64,000 nt of DNA from Sphingobacteriales bacterium JAD_PAG50586_3 (GTDB lineage: Bacteria; Bacteroidota; Bacteroidia; CAMBQF01), in NCBI GenBank assembly GCA_023213195.1, contig CP096135.1, positions 946,616-1,010,615 on the forward strand, read 5' to 3'. The first letter of the stretch is position 1; each line of letters opens with the position of its first letter. Below the pieces are notes generated by a model, which was not told where the DNA came from, made no database searches, and worked only from the letters and a program-made list of their open reading frames with translations. Shown here piece by piece: positions 9,126 to 19,105 of this stretch. Position numbers and translations under genes: made by a program.

Positions 9126-11228
9126 TTAATGGAGTATTATACGGCCTAAGATACCCGATAATTCTATTTTAACGTTATCTAACGTGCGTTGTTTTTCAAG
9201 CAGCGCCATTTGGTCAAACTCTTCGGTGGCAGTGGCAAGCTCATCTTGCACCTCGCGTATCATCTTTAAAATAAACTTCATTTTAAGCGAGTGCAAGGCC
9301 TTTTCTATACTTTGTTTTAGCACTACGTGCGATGTTTCTTCGGTAGCAACCTCTATGCGGTGCTTGGTGTACCAACGCTCGCTAAGGCCACTTTTTCCAT
9401 TACAAGGTCGCTGGCTACGCTCCGCACATTCGCATCGGGGTGGGCAGTAGGTTCAGGCACTTCAGGCTTTTGAATATCCAGAAAACCTTCATCATCCAAC
9501 AACACATCAGGAGTAATAAAAGGCAAGGGCAGTTCATCATCGTCAAACTCTACGGCGGGAAAGTATTGCTCTTCGGGGTGGCTTTGCAACGCAACGTAGC
9601 CGGTGTAAATGGCTTGATAAACGGGGTTTTGCATCAGCACCTCGTCGCGAGACAGTTCGTAAACTATAAAATCTCCGGCCAAAACGGTATGTACTTCTTC
9701 GTGTCGGCCATCTTCCGTTTTATGGGTAAAATAGAGTACTTTATCAGAGTGGCGCAGTAGTATGCGTATAATGTCTCGCTCCTGCCATTCGGGGTCGCTA
9801 AAGTCAACGGCTAAAAGTTCCTAGTTTTTGCCTTGTTGCTGTTGGTCGTCGTACCCTTCGCTCTCATGCTCTACAAATGCCTCTTTCAGGTGTTCGGCCT
9901 CGCGCTCTTTTTGTGTTTTAGTATAGCGTAGCTTGTTAACCTCGCGCAATAGCGTTTGCTCGTCTATGCCCGTTAAGCGGCTGCACTCTTTTATATAAAA
10001 CTGGCGTTGTATACCTTCGGGGACAATAGAAATAGTATGGGCAAGGTCTTTTACTAATGCCGCACGCTTAATTGGGTCGTTGCCAACCTCATCAATAAGC
10101 AAACTGGTTTTGAAAGAAACAAAGTCCTTAGCCGACTTACCAATATATTCTTTAAGCTCATCTATGCTTACTTTTTTGGCATACGAATCGGGGTCGTCGC
10201 CATCTGGAAAAAGCACTACGCGCACGTTCATGCCCTCTTCCAAAATCATATCTATACCACGGAAGGAGGCTTTGATACCCGCAGGGTCTCCATCGTATAA
10301 AATGGTAATGTTTTTGGTATAGCGGCTGATTAGCTTTATCTGGTCGATGGTAAGGGATGTACCCGACGATGCAACTACGTTTTCTACCCCCGCCTGGTGC
10401 ATAGATATTACATCGGTATAGCCTTCTACCAAATAGCAAACATCAAACTGGGTAATGGCTTTTTTAGCAAAATAGGCACCATAAAGCACCCGGCTTTTGT
10501 TGTAAATCTCACTCTCGGGACTGTTTACATACTTGGCCTGTGTTTTATCGGCTGAGTTTAACACTCTGCCGCCAAAGCCCAGTACACGCCCCGTTAAGCT
10601 GTGTATAGGGAACATTACACGCCCCTTAAACCTGTCGAATTTTTTATTCTCTTCTACTTTAACAATAGAAAGACCTGTTTTGGCCAAGTAGTCTAGCTTA
10701 TAACCAGCTTTAACAGCGGCATCGGTAAAAGCCGACCACTCGTTAGGGCTGTAACCCAGTTGGAATTTCTCAATTATATCATCCCTAAAGCCCCGCTCGC
10801 GGAAATAGGCTATAGCCAATAGCTTTGCCATTATCACTCTCCCAAAGTTGCTCGGTAAAATATTTTTGGGCAAAGGTGTTAACTACAAAAAGGCTCTCTT
10901 TCTCGTTCTGTTGCTCAATATCTTCGGCAGTAAGCTCCTTTTCTTCAATTTCAATATTATACTTTTTAGCAAGATAACGCAGGGCCTCGGGGTAAGTGGA
11001 GTTTTCGTGCTCCATTATAAAGTTTACCGAGTTGCCCGCTTTGCCGCAGCCAAAGCACTTGTAAATGCCTTTTGTCGGCGATACAGTAAAAGATGGGCTA
11101 CGCTCGTTATGAAAAGGGCAGTTGCCCAACATATTGACACCACGGCGCTTAAGGGCAACAAAGTCGCCAACCACCTCTTCTATACGGGCGGTTTCAATAA
11201 TGCGGTCTACGGTATCTTTAGGTATCAT
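9126..11228 (-). CDS. dnaG: DNA primase DnaG, reconstructed from four ORF fragments: two single-base frameshifts (homopolymers near 10832 and 9390) and one in-frame TAG (9821-9823)
   Basis: CHC2 zinc ribbon (CPFHNERSPSFTVSPTKGIYKCFGCGKAGN), Toprim (ILYDGDPAGIKASFRGIDMILEEGMNVRVVLFPDGDDPD) and a helical C-terminal domain ending just before the AI-2E start. Frames rejoin if AAA becomes AA at ~10832 and A5 becomes A6 at ~9390. Confidence 0.75.
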
Positions 11229-11322
11229 TGTATCTAATACAGGCGTTTTTATATAATGCGCCTATGCATCCTTTTAAAAAGGATAGCGAAGATAGCGAAA
11301 ATAGGGGTGCGGAGAGAAAAAT

Positions 11323-11523
11323 TTAAGCAGCTATTGTATGTAAAATTTGGTCCTTTAAAAGCCCGCGAAGCGATATATCTTCATCTAGCTCTTCCCACTC
11401 TATAGCAGTTTTGCCCGCATATAAACTATACTGTTTAAGTTGCTTTTCTGTGCCTTTACTTAGCAGGGGGAATTTGGAAATAGCCTCCCTTATAATTTTA
11501 CCATTATTCAATACCACAATCAT
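11323..11523 (-). CDS. DUF2442 domain protein (N-terminus uncertain: in-frame TAG at 11611-11613, with a 53-codon ORF 11614..11772 in the same frame)
   Basis: …IEITAIDFHKKQDLMIVVLNNGKIIREAISKFPLLSKGTEKQL…AIEWEELDEDISLRGLL fits the DUF2442 pattern. There is no start codon between the TAG and the ATG at 11523. Confidence 0.55.
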   Translation of the reverse strand: MIVVLNNGKIIREAISKFPLLSKGTEKQLKQYSLYAGKTAIEWEELDEDISLRGLLKDQILHTIAA

Positions 11524-11752
11524 AAGGTCTTGTTTCTTATGAAAGTCTATGGCTGTAATTTCAATATTTGAAAAATCAATTAGTTTATCAATAAACGAAT
11601 CTATCTCAGACTAGGAATTTATTGAGTCTAAAATATTTATTTGAGAACCATCTAATGCTTTGCTTTCAGACAGTTTTTTAGACTTAACAGCGCTTTGCTT
11701 TACAGGAATAAGTTTTCCGGTTTGCACCTTGCCTACTTTGGTCTTACTTGTT

Positions 11753-12016
11753 TTATTTATTGAAGTACCCATTCCATTTATTTATAATTGTTGAACGCTT
11801 CTCTTTTAAAATTTGTTCCATCAGCCTAATTTCATTGGCTTTAAAGCCTTTATTGTACTCTAATTTTAAATTTGGCACAAGCCACCATTTTGCAGTTGGA
11901 AGTTTTTCATCACCTTTAAAAACATGAACATGCGGGGGCTCGTTGTTTTCATTAGAAAAGAATCTAAACTTAAAACCTCTACTATCGTTGTCTGGCAGCG
12001 CTTTAGGCATATACAA
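11753..12016 (-). CDS. DUF4160 domain protein
   Basis: MYMPKALPDNDSRGFKFRFFSNENNEPPHVHVFKGDEKL… is the typical DUF4160 N-terminus. Classic partner of DUF2442. Confidence 0.6.
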   Translation of the reverse strand: MYMPKALPDNDSRGFKFRFFSNENNEPPHVHVFKGDEKLPTAKWWLVPNLKLEYNKGFKANEIRLMEQILKEKRSTIINKWNGYFNK

Positions 12017-12148
12017 ATGTAGACATTATTCTACAACAAATAAAGCAAAGCACCTGTTACTAACAAACGTGTTTGAGTAAAAAAATAAAAGCGTGGTTAT
12101 AAAACACAGGTTTTTATACCTTTGCCGCGTCAACCCTAAATTTATAAT

Positions 12149-13579
12149 ATGGCAAATTCGCTTAGAGCAAACCGCGAGGAGAAATTCTTTAGTGATGTTA
12201 TCAAGTATTTCGATAAAGCGGCTCAATTTCTAAACCACCCAAAAGGTATTTTAGAACAGATTAAATACTGCAACGCAGTATATCGCATTAAATTCCCTGT
12301 AAAAATTGGCGACGATTTTCAGGTAATAGAGGCTTACCGTGCAGAGCACAGCCACCACAAACTACCCACTAAAGGCGGTATCCGCTACAGTGAGCATGTT
12401 AGCCAGGACGAGGTAATGGCCCTTTCGGCCCTTATGACCTACAAATGCGCTATTGTGGATGTACCATTTGGCGGCGCTAAAGGCGGTATCAAAATCAACC
12501 CAAAAGACTACACTGTAGACCAGCTGGAACGTATTACCCGCCGCTACACTACAGAGTTAATTAAAAAGAACTTTATTGGCCCGGGCATAGACGTTCCTGC
12601 ACCTGACTATGGTAGCGGTGAGCGCGAAATGAGCTGGATTGCCGATACGTACACCACTTTTTACCCTAACGAGATTAACGGTTTGGGTTGCGTAACAGGC
12701 AAGCCTGTTGGGCAAGGTGGTATACACGGACGCCGCGAGGCTACCGGCCTTGGTGTATATTATGGCCTACGTAGCGCCATGGAAAACACCGCCGATTTGA
12801 AACGCCTTAAAATGACGCATGGCTTAGAAGGCAAGCGTATTATAGTTCAAGGCTTAGGTAACGTAGGTTACCATGCAGCCATGTTCTTACATAAAGCAGG
12901 TGCTAAAATTATTGCTATTGCTGAGTATGAAGGCGCTATTTACGATGCTAAAGGCATTGACCCAACAGCATTGCTTGAGCACCGCAAAACCACAGGTTCT
13001 ATATTAAACTTTGGCAAAGCCAAAAACATTAAGAACAGTGCCGAAGCGTTAGAGCTTGATTGCGATATCTTGGTTCCGGCAGCGTTGGAAAACCAAATAC
13101 ACAAAGGCAATGCGGCTAACATTAAAGCTAAGGTTATTGCCGAGGCCGCCAATGGACCTGTTACGCCCGAAGCGGAGATTATCCTTAACAAGAAAAACGT
13201 ATTAATCATACCTGATATTTACATGAACGCAGGTGGTGTTACGGTTTCTTATTTTGAATGGTTGAAAAACCTGTCGCACGTGCGTTTTAACCGTATGGAA
13301 AAAAAGTACGAAGAGACCATGAACAAGAACCTGCTTAGCCTTATTGAGGAGAGCACAGGCACCAAACTTAGCAAAGCGCAACGTGATTATTTAGGCCGTG
13401 GCGCTAACGAGATTGACCTTGTTTACTCTGGCTTAGATGAGACTATGACAGTGGCTTACAACGAGATTTACGAGATGTTTGCCTCTAACAAAAAAGTGCC
13501 TGATATGCGTACCGCAGCATTTATGGTTGCCATAAATAAAGTAGCTGTATCGTACCAATCACTGGGTGTATGGCCTTAG
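12149..13579 (+). CDS. gdhA: NAD(P)-dependent glutamate dehydrogenase
   Basis: 476 aa. Glu/Leu/Phe/Val dehydrogenase motifs (KGGIRYSEHVSQDEVMALSALMTYKCAIVDVPFGGAKGG) and a C-terminal Rossmann domain GLGNVG. Confidence 0.85.
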   Translation: MANSLRANREEKFFSDVIKYFDKAAQFLNHPKGILEQIKYCNAVYRIKFPVKIGDDFQVIEAYRAEHSHHKLPTKGGIRYSEHVSQDEVMALSALMTYKCAIVDVPFGGAKGGIKINPKDYTVDQLERITRRYTTELIKKNFIGPGIDVPAPDYGSGEREMSWIADTYTTFYPNEINGLGCVTGKPVGQGGIHGRREATGLGVYYGLRSAMENTADLKRLKMTHGLEGKRIIVQGLGNVGYHAAMFLHKAGAKIIAIAEYEGAIYDAKGIDPTALLEHRKTTGSILNFGKAKNIKNSAEALELDCDILVPAALENQIHKGNAANIKAKVIAEAANGPVTPEAEIILNKKNVLIIPDIYMNAGGVTVSYFEWLKNLSHVRFNRMEKKYEETMNKNLLSLIEESTGTKLSKAQRDYLGRGANEIDLVYSGLDETMTVAYNEIYEMFASNKKVPDMRTAAFMVAINKVAVSYQSLGVWP

Positions 13580-13611
13580 TCAACTAAAAACGAAAAGTGG
13601 AAAACTTACAA

Positions 13612-13645
13612 TAGAAAAATCCCGGTTTAGGCCGGGATTTTTTTA
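13612..13645. terminator. bidirectional intrinsic terminator between gdhA and tatA
   Basis: aaaaatcccggtttaggccgggattttttt. Confidence 0.6.
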
Positions 13646-13788
13646 TGTCCAAAATGAGGGTAAGTATGCTATCCTTTTAAAAAGCCCATCCCTGCGGTAA
13701 TTACTCTCTGAAAAGCAATATGGGTATTACCGCCGGGGATAGGCTACACAAAACAGGAGGGAGCATAAAGAACTATAGTATTTTCACC

Positions 13789-14004
13789 CTATGGGTTAAG
13801 GGGCGTGTTTGTTTTATCGTCAATAGTTGTTTGGGCGGGGCTGTTATTGGCCGATGCGTCTTTAAACTCTTTAACGCCTTTGCCAAGGCCTTTCATCAGT
13901 TCGGGTATTTTGCGGCCGCCAAACATAAGCAGTACTATACCCAGTATTAAGAGTATCTCTGTGGTACCAAGACCCATTATACCCAATATTGTTAAAGCTG
14001 TCAT
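13789..14004 (-). CDS. tatA: twin-arginine translocase subunit TatA/E
   Basis: 71 aa. N-terminal TM plus amphipathic helix [34 protein letters not shown]. Confidence 0.8.
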   Translation of the reverse strand: MTALTILGIMGLGTTEILLILGIVLLMFGGRKIPELMKGLGKGVKEFKDASANNSPAQTTIDDKTNTPLNP

Positions 14005-14075
14005 AGCTGTTGTATTTTACTGTTAAACTAAAAAGCCCTGCCGCGGCCATAGCAACCCGGCAGGGCATAAAACCA

Positions 14076-14912
14076 CTAAACAATAAACAAATTGGCTATG
14101 GCCAGTACTTGTGTATCGGTAAGGGGCTCATCAAAAGCCTCTTGGCAACCGGCAGCGCTTACAGTTGTAATGCTTGTAATATTAGTAATGCCACCCTGGC
14201 TAAGGTTTTGCTCACCATCGTAAACGGCTTGCGTAGGCGCAGGCAGTGTGCCGCGGCTGTTACCGGTAATCCAACCTTTAGAAGTGTCTAAACCATTTTT
14301 AGTACGCAAACGGCGTACTTCCGATGCGTGGCGTGCCTCTACAGAGTGTATTTGCAGGGCGGCGGTAAGTATGGCATCGCTACCAATTAAATTACCTGCC
14401 TGGCCTTTATATGCGCGCACACCCGTATCTTCAAACGCTTGTGCAAGGGCAAGAAAATCGCCATATAAAACAAAGGGTTGAAATGCACCACCGGCTGTAA
14501 AGTCGAATATAGGCGAGTTTACAGGGGTTCCGTTTAACGACTCTATGGTGTTGGTTAAGAAAGTTACATGGTCGTTCTCATGCTGCCTAATTTGGTTAAA
14601 CACGGCAAGGTCGGCATTGGCAATAACGCCAGATGTTACACCCATGTTATAGAATTGCGCCTCTAAATACTCCAGCGTAAGTGCAAAATTTAGCACATCT
14701 ATTACCGTTGCGGTAGAAGCGGCACCCGCTACACTTGTGGTATTAGCCTTTGCCGATGCGCCGGTAGCGGCAATTACGCCTAAAGGCAGTGCCGCGGTTA
14801 ATATAGCTTTGCCCGATTGGCCTATGCTGAAGATAGATTCGCGCCTGGTATTGGTCTGAGAAAAATCAAACTTAGTATCGCCTAATTTTTCTAAAATATT
14901 TAACATTTTCAT
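14076..14912 (-). CDS. ferritin-like domain protein (Ferritin_2/DUF4439-like) with a Tat-type signal (TRRESIFSIG)
   Basis: LEYLEAQFY… and HENDHVTFL… resemble di-iron ferritin-like helices. Paralogous to the next gene. Confidence 0.55.
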   Translation of the reverse strand: MKMLNILEKLGDTKFDFSQTNTRRESIFSIGQSGKAILTAALPLGVIAATGASAKANTTSVAGAASTATVIDVLNFALTLEYLEAQFYNMGVTSGVIANADLAVFNQIRQHENDHVTFLTNTIESLNGTPVNSPIFDFTAGGAFQPFVLYGDFLALAQAFEDTGVRAYKGQAGNLIGSDAILTAALQIHSVEARHASEVRRLRTKNGLDTSKGWITGNSRGTLPAPTQAVYDGEQNLSQGGITNITSITTVSAAGCQEAFDEPLTDTQVLAIANLFIV

Positions 14913-14931
14913 TGTGTTTTAGTTTTTAAGG

Positions 14932-15639
14932 TTAACTAGGCAAGTTGCTTGCGTTGATAGGGGTTGAAATGTAAGTACCGGCAATAGCTAGTACCTGTGC
15001 GGGTGTTTTAGCACCATCAAGGCCATTGCCATCTATAATGTCGTTACCGGCAAAGTCTGCACTCCATGGGTTTAGCAAGTCGCGTATGGCGGCAGCATGG
15101 CGTGCCTCTACCGATACTATTTTACCTGCAAGGGCAAGGTATTGAACATCGGCAATAAGCTGGCCAGCACCGTTGTATGCTGCTACACCTAAGTCTTCAA
15201 AAGCCTTGGCAGTGCCTAATACACTGGCGCGGCTGTTAAAGTCTATTGATGAAAAGTTAACGGCTAAATCGTCTTTAATACGGTTAGCCGCAGGTATGGC
15301 TGCTTTAAAGAAATCGCGGTGGGCAATTTCGTGGTTTTTAAGGTCGCCAAGAATTTGGGCTTCTTCCTGTGTCATGCCGGCAAAAGGGGTAGCCATTACC
15401 TGTATGTAAAAGGCAGCTTCCAGTTGCTCCAGCGCGTAGGCATAGTTTAGAATACCAATATCGCCACTGCCAAGGTCTTCGGCCATGGGATTGTCATCGT
15501 CATCATCGTCTTTTTTACAGCCTACACCTGCAACAAGCAAGCCTGTTGCGGCTACTGCGGCGCCTGAAAATTTCAGGAAACCAAGCCTTCCGATAGGTTG
15601 ATGGATAAAATCAACCTCGGGTGAATTTTCTTTTTTCAT
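14932..15639 (-). CDS. ferritin-like domain protein (paralog) with an Asp-rich linker
   Basis: ALEQLEAAFY… and HEIAHRDFF… Probable start MKKENSPEVDF at 15639; the track ORF extends to 15705. Confidence 0.55.
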   Translation of the reverse strand: MKKENSPEVDFIHQPIGRLGFLKFSGAAVAATGLLVAGVGCKKDDDDDDNPMAEDLGSGDIGILNYAYALEQLEAAFYIQVMATPFAGMTQEEAQILGDLKNHEIAHRDFFKAAIPAANRIKDDLAVNFSSIDFNSRASVLGTAKAFEDLGVAAYNGAGQLIADVQYLALAGKIVSVEARHAAAIRDLLNPWSADFAGNDIIDGNGLDGAKTPAQVLAIAGTYISTPINASNLPS

Positions 15640-16032
15640 GATAAATTGGGATTTAATGGTTTGTAATTCTTTTTGTTTTAGAACTAAGCTATAGTCGTAG
15701 GGCATTGTTCAATCCTTACAGATAATACCTCAATTCAGAAACATTCTATATTAAATTACAAACCGAACAAACCATTAAAATTTTGGGTTTACGCGCGTGC
15801 GGAAGCCTTGGATTGCTATTCAACCCTTGTCATTGTTGGACTTTAGCCCTTCTTATCCTGAATAAATTCTTGAAAAATTGTCCTTAAAAATCGATAATTT
15901 GATTCATTTGTAAATCAAAAAAGGATATGTGTTAACGCTGGGGCTTTTCTATCGCCGTATGCTTTGCTGATGCATTGGCATTTACTGCAATTGATAGCAA
16001 TAGGAATAAAAGGCCGATGTTTTTTTTCACTA

Positions 16033-17579
16033 TTAATCAAATTGAAATTTTACAATTTTAATCTTGGACGGTAATAAGATGTGCGAAGGGCGAAATATAT
16101 TTCCTTTTTCATCAACGCATGGGTAGTGACATTTTCTAAAAAGATTAATGACCCAATCATCCTTAGCAGGAACTATAGTTCTGGTATAATTGCCATTTTC
16201 TGCAAATGAATAAAAATAATACACGGGCTCAGACTTCTTTTTACGCGCATCTATCGGCTCAAATCCATCAAATATTAGGTTATACCCTTTGGGGCTTTTA
16301 GTAAAATATGCTCCACTTAATGAATTATCATTTGTACCAAACTCCTTACTGCTGGTAATTGATTTATCCCACCTTATGCCTTTTTCATCAACATTAATAA
16401 CAGCTATGCCACATTCTACACTTCTGTTTATAATAAATTGGTCGGGAGCATAATTATATTTAATAACACGCATATTTCCAACATTATATCGATCAGGGGT
16501 GGGCCGGGGATATTAAGATTTAGCCACGTTTTTTTAAAGAATATAGTATAGGAACTGTCTTTGTTTTCAAATATATTCTTGATTACTATATCATCTACCG
16601 TTTTAAATTTTACAGCTTTGGCTGCAAAGCTATCGTTAAAAGCATATTGTGTATTTGGGGTTATGCTTGTTGCAGTGCTAATTATATTTGTAACAAAAAA
16701 GCCATGAAATAGGGCGGGGTCTTTACTGTCTTTATAAACCCCCGCAATAACGGGCTCTCCTTTTCTATTTACGTGTAACTTTGCATTACTTAGTATTTTA
16801 TTGCCTCCCGGCTCCGTTTTAATCTCTGTAAAAACACCTTTGCTATCTATTTTATATAATAAATATTTATTGGTAATGTCGCCTGTTGTGTATGAAGCAT
16901 ATGCGTGTACTAACAAGTAGCTATTTTCTTCCTTATCAGACACAAAATCAAATATTCGTAACCCATCATAAGGTGTGGGAATTGTTATTGAAAGTGTTTT
17001 AACTACATTTAATTCCTTATCTAAATAGATAAGTTTTTCTTTTGCATTTTTATCATCCTTCTCGCCATATAAATAAACGTACGGCATATCAGGTAAACCG
17101 GTAGGCCTTATTTCGTTGCTCTCACCAAATGTATACGCCCCATATAAGTCTGTATTATCTTCTTCTATGCCTGAATTTATCAATTCTGTTTTATACGTTA
17201 GTTCCCCATTGGCTCCAATACTGAATAACCTGCTTGCACAACCTGCCGGTGCCTCTTGATAGAGCAATAAATAGGGTTGTCCGCTTAAAAGAAAAAGCCC
17301 AACAGGTACTTTCTTTATGTCCTTTCCTTTAAAGTCCTCTTGCCCATACATCTTATAAAAATCAAGTGCAAGTGTTTCAGAGTTGTACTTTTCTATACTA
17401 AACTTAATATCATACTTAGGGTGAATACGCAAAACATATACACTGCCGTTATTGTCGTATAACATGGTTTTAACTTCCCAACCTACAATATTGGGCTCGG
17501 TAGTTATACTTTCTTTAATTGTTTGGGCTTGTATAACTCCTATAAATAAACAGAATAAAAGGCTGATGTATTTTTTCAT
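16033..17579 (-). CDS. secreted protein of unknown family, paralog C (two ORF fragments, frameshift near 16430-16470)
   Basis: Signal peptide MKKYISLLFCLFIGVIQAQT. Shared motifs VYVLR, IEKYN and C-terminal …KIVKFQFD with the two upstream paralogs. Confidence 0.5.
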
Positions 17580-17587
17580 TCTCTGTT

Positions 17588-19075
17588 TTATGGTACAAAT
17601 TTAAGCAGCCTTATTTCTTTTTTGCCTCCATCGTCGCCTGCAATTCCTAGCTGCCATGGAATATAACAATTGCCTGCGCTATCGTAACAGGCACTATTAT
17701 ATCCATTTAGTAAACTATAATTATTTGCCAAATCAGGCGTGCTATCAGCAACTTTTTGACCTGTTACTTTATTGCCATTAATATTAAATAAATAATATGC
17801 GCCATAGCTTTTGTCCGATTTCTGCGACCTTGTAACAAGGTTGTATCCGCCTTTATATGGGTAAAAAATAAAGGTGTTAATGTCCATAGCAGGGTTGTTT
17901 TCGGCCGGGAGTTGATCTGTATAGGTTGATGATTCAATAGCCTCATCATTAAAAACCGTTAGGTTACTAGAGGTTGTTTGTCTCTCATAGTGCGTAGAGC
18001 TATAACTATAACTACCGGCACCGGCTATGGTGCCTTGTCGCGAATAGGTAGTTTGGTAACTATCCCTATAATAGGTTTTAAAAACAGCCGCGTATTTTCC
18101 GTTTTGTACTAATACATTTTCAACATCGCAATATCCTTTACCACCAGGGCTTTGTGCCATCGTGCCCTTAAATTCAAATATATCAGGCTCAATAATTTCA
18201 CTAACATTATCTAGTTTTTCAACAAAAAATCCCTTTACAATAAGAACACCAATAACGCGGGGCGTTTTATTTTCATCATAGAAAAAATTAATATCAGAAA
18301 CTCTATTATGATCCTCAAATTTTATTTTTACTTCTTTTAACTGTCCATCTTTAGTTATTTTGTTGAAGTAATATTCAGTGTAGTTAAAATCACCCTTTCT
18401 TGAATCCATTTTTACAACTACATAGCTTTCGCCGGTTGTATTATTTATTACACATCGCACATCTCTTACAATGTGTTGTGGCTCAGGAATATCAATTTCT
18501 TTGCTGCTTACTGTAGCAAAATCAGGACTTAAAAAGTTTACAAAAACCTTTGACTCTTTATTATTACCAAATATTTGCGCCAATACATAGGGCTGTTCTT
18601 TATTCTCTGTAAATATTAATTTATCGTGCGGAAAATCCGGCTCTTTAGCCGACTGGTTCAAATCAAAAGCCTTGTTCCAATCTCTCGATACTATTTCTTT
18701 CCGGCTTTCTTCTCCGCCTTTATCATTTAATGTAACCAGATAAAAAGTAAACGTTTTATCATCGTACTTTTTTGATAAAAGAGTAGGCCTACCATTAAGC
18801 ATATACATATCCAAATACCAATATTTAGGCTCTTTGGTTATTACAGTATATATAGGCTTAAGTGTTTCCATATTGTATTTTTCTATGGAATAGTTTAAGG
18901 CTTTACCAACCATTAAACCCCTCAATACATATACCGCCTTTTCACTTTCGTCACAAAGTACCCTTAGCACCTTGTTTTTCTTGTTACTTACTTCGCTTTC
19001 GGGGCTGGTTTCTAATGTTTGTGCTTTTAGGTTTAAAGCCAGCAAGATTAATAGCAGCAGGGTTATTCTTTTCAT
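17588..19075 (-). CDS. secreted protein of unknown family, paralog B
   Basis: Signal peptide MKRITLLLLILLALNLKAQT. VYVLRG, IEKYN and C-terminal …IRLLKFVP. Confidence 0.55.
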   Translation of the reverse strand: MKRITLLLLILLALNLKAQTLETSPESEVSNKKNKVLRVLCDESEKAVYVLRGLMVGKALNYSIEKYNMETLKPIYTVITKEPKYWYLDMYMLNGRPTLLSKKYDDKTFTFYLVTLNDKGGEESRKEIVSRDWNKAFDLNQSAKEPDFPHDKLIFTENKEQPYVLAQIFGNNKESKVFVNFLSPDFATVSSKEIDIPEPQHIVRDVRCVINNTTGESYVVVKMDSRKGDFNYTEYYFNKITKDGQLKEVKIKFEDHNRVSDINFFYDENKTPRVIGVLIVKGFFVEKLDNVSEIIEPDIFEFKGTMAQSPGGKGYCDVENVLVQNGKYAAVFKTYYRDSYQTTYSRQGTIAGAGSYSYSSTHYERQTTSSNLTVFNDEAIESSTYTDQLPAENNPAMDINTFIFYPYKGGYNLVTRSQKSDKSYGAYYLFNINGNKVTGQKVADSTPDLANNYSLLNGYNSACYDSAGNCYIPWQLGIAGDDGGKKEIRLLKFVP

Positions 19076-19105
19076 ACAGTTGCTTAAAAAGTATTACAAT
19101 GGTGG

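Noticed and set aside
9126-9323. Independent 65-aa coiled-coil protein gene upstream of the AI-2E transporter
   Set aside because: Its frame is reached from the dnaG C-terminal frame by a single A-run slip (A5 at ~9390). The joined product (…LSERWYTKHRIEVATEE…GRIILH*) gives DnaG a normal ~700-aa length with a helical C-terminal domain. Merged into dnaG.
9184-9760. Plus-strand ORFs 9184..9450 and 9440..9760
   Set aside because: Antisense to the reconstructed dnaG C-terminal domain.
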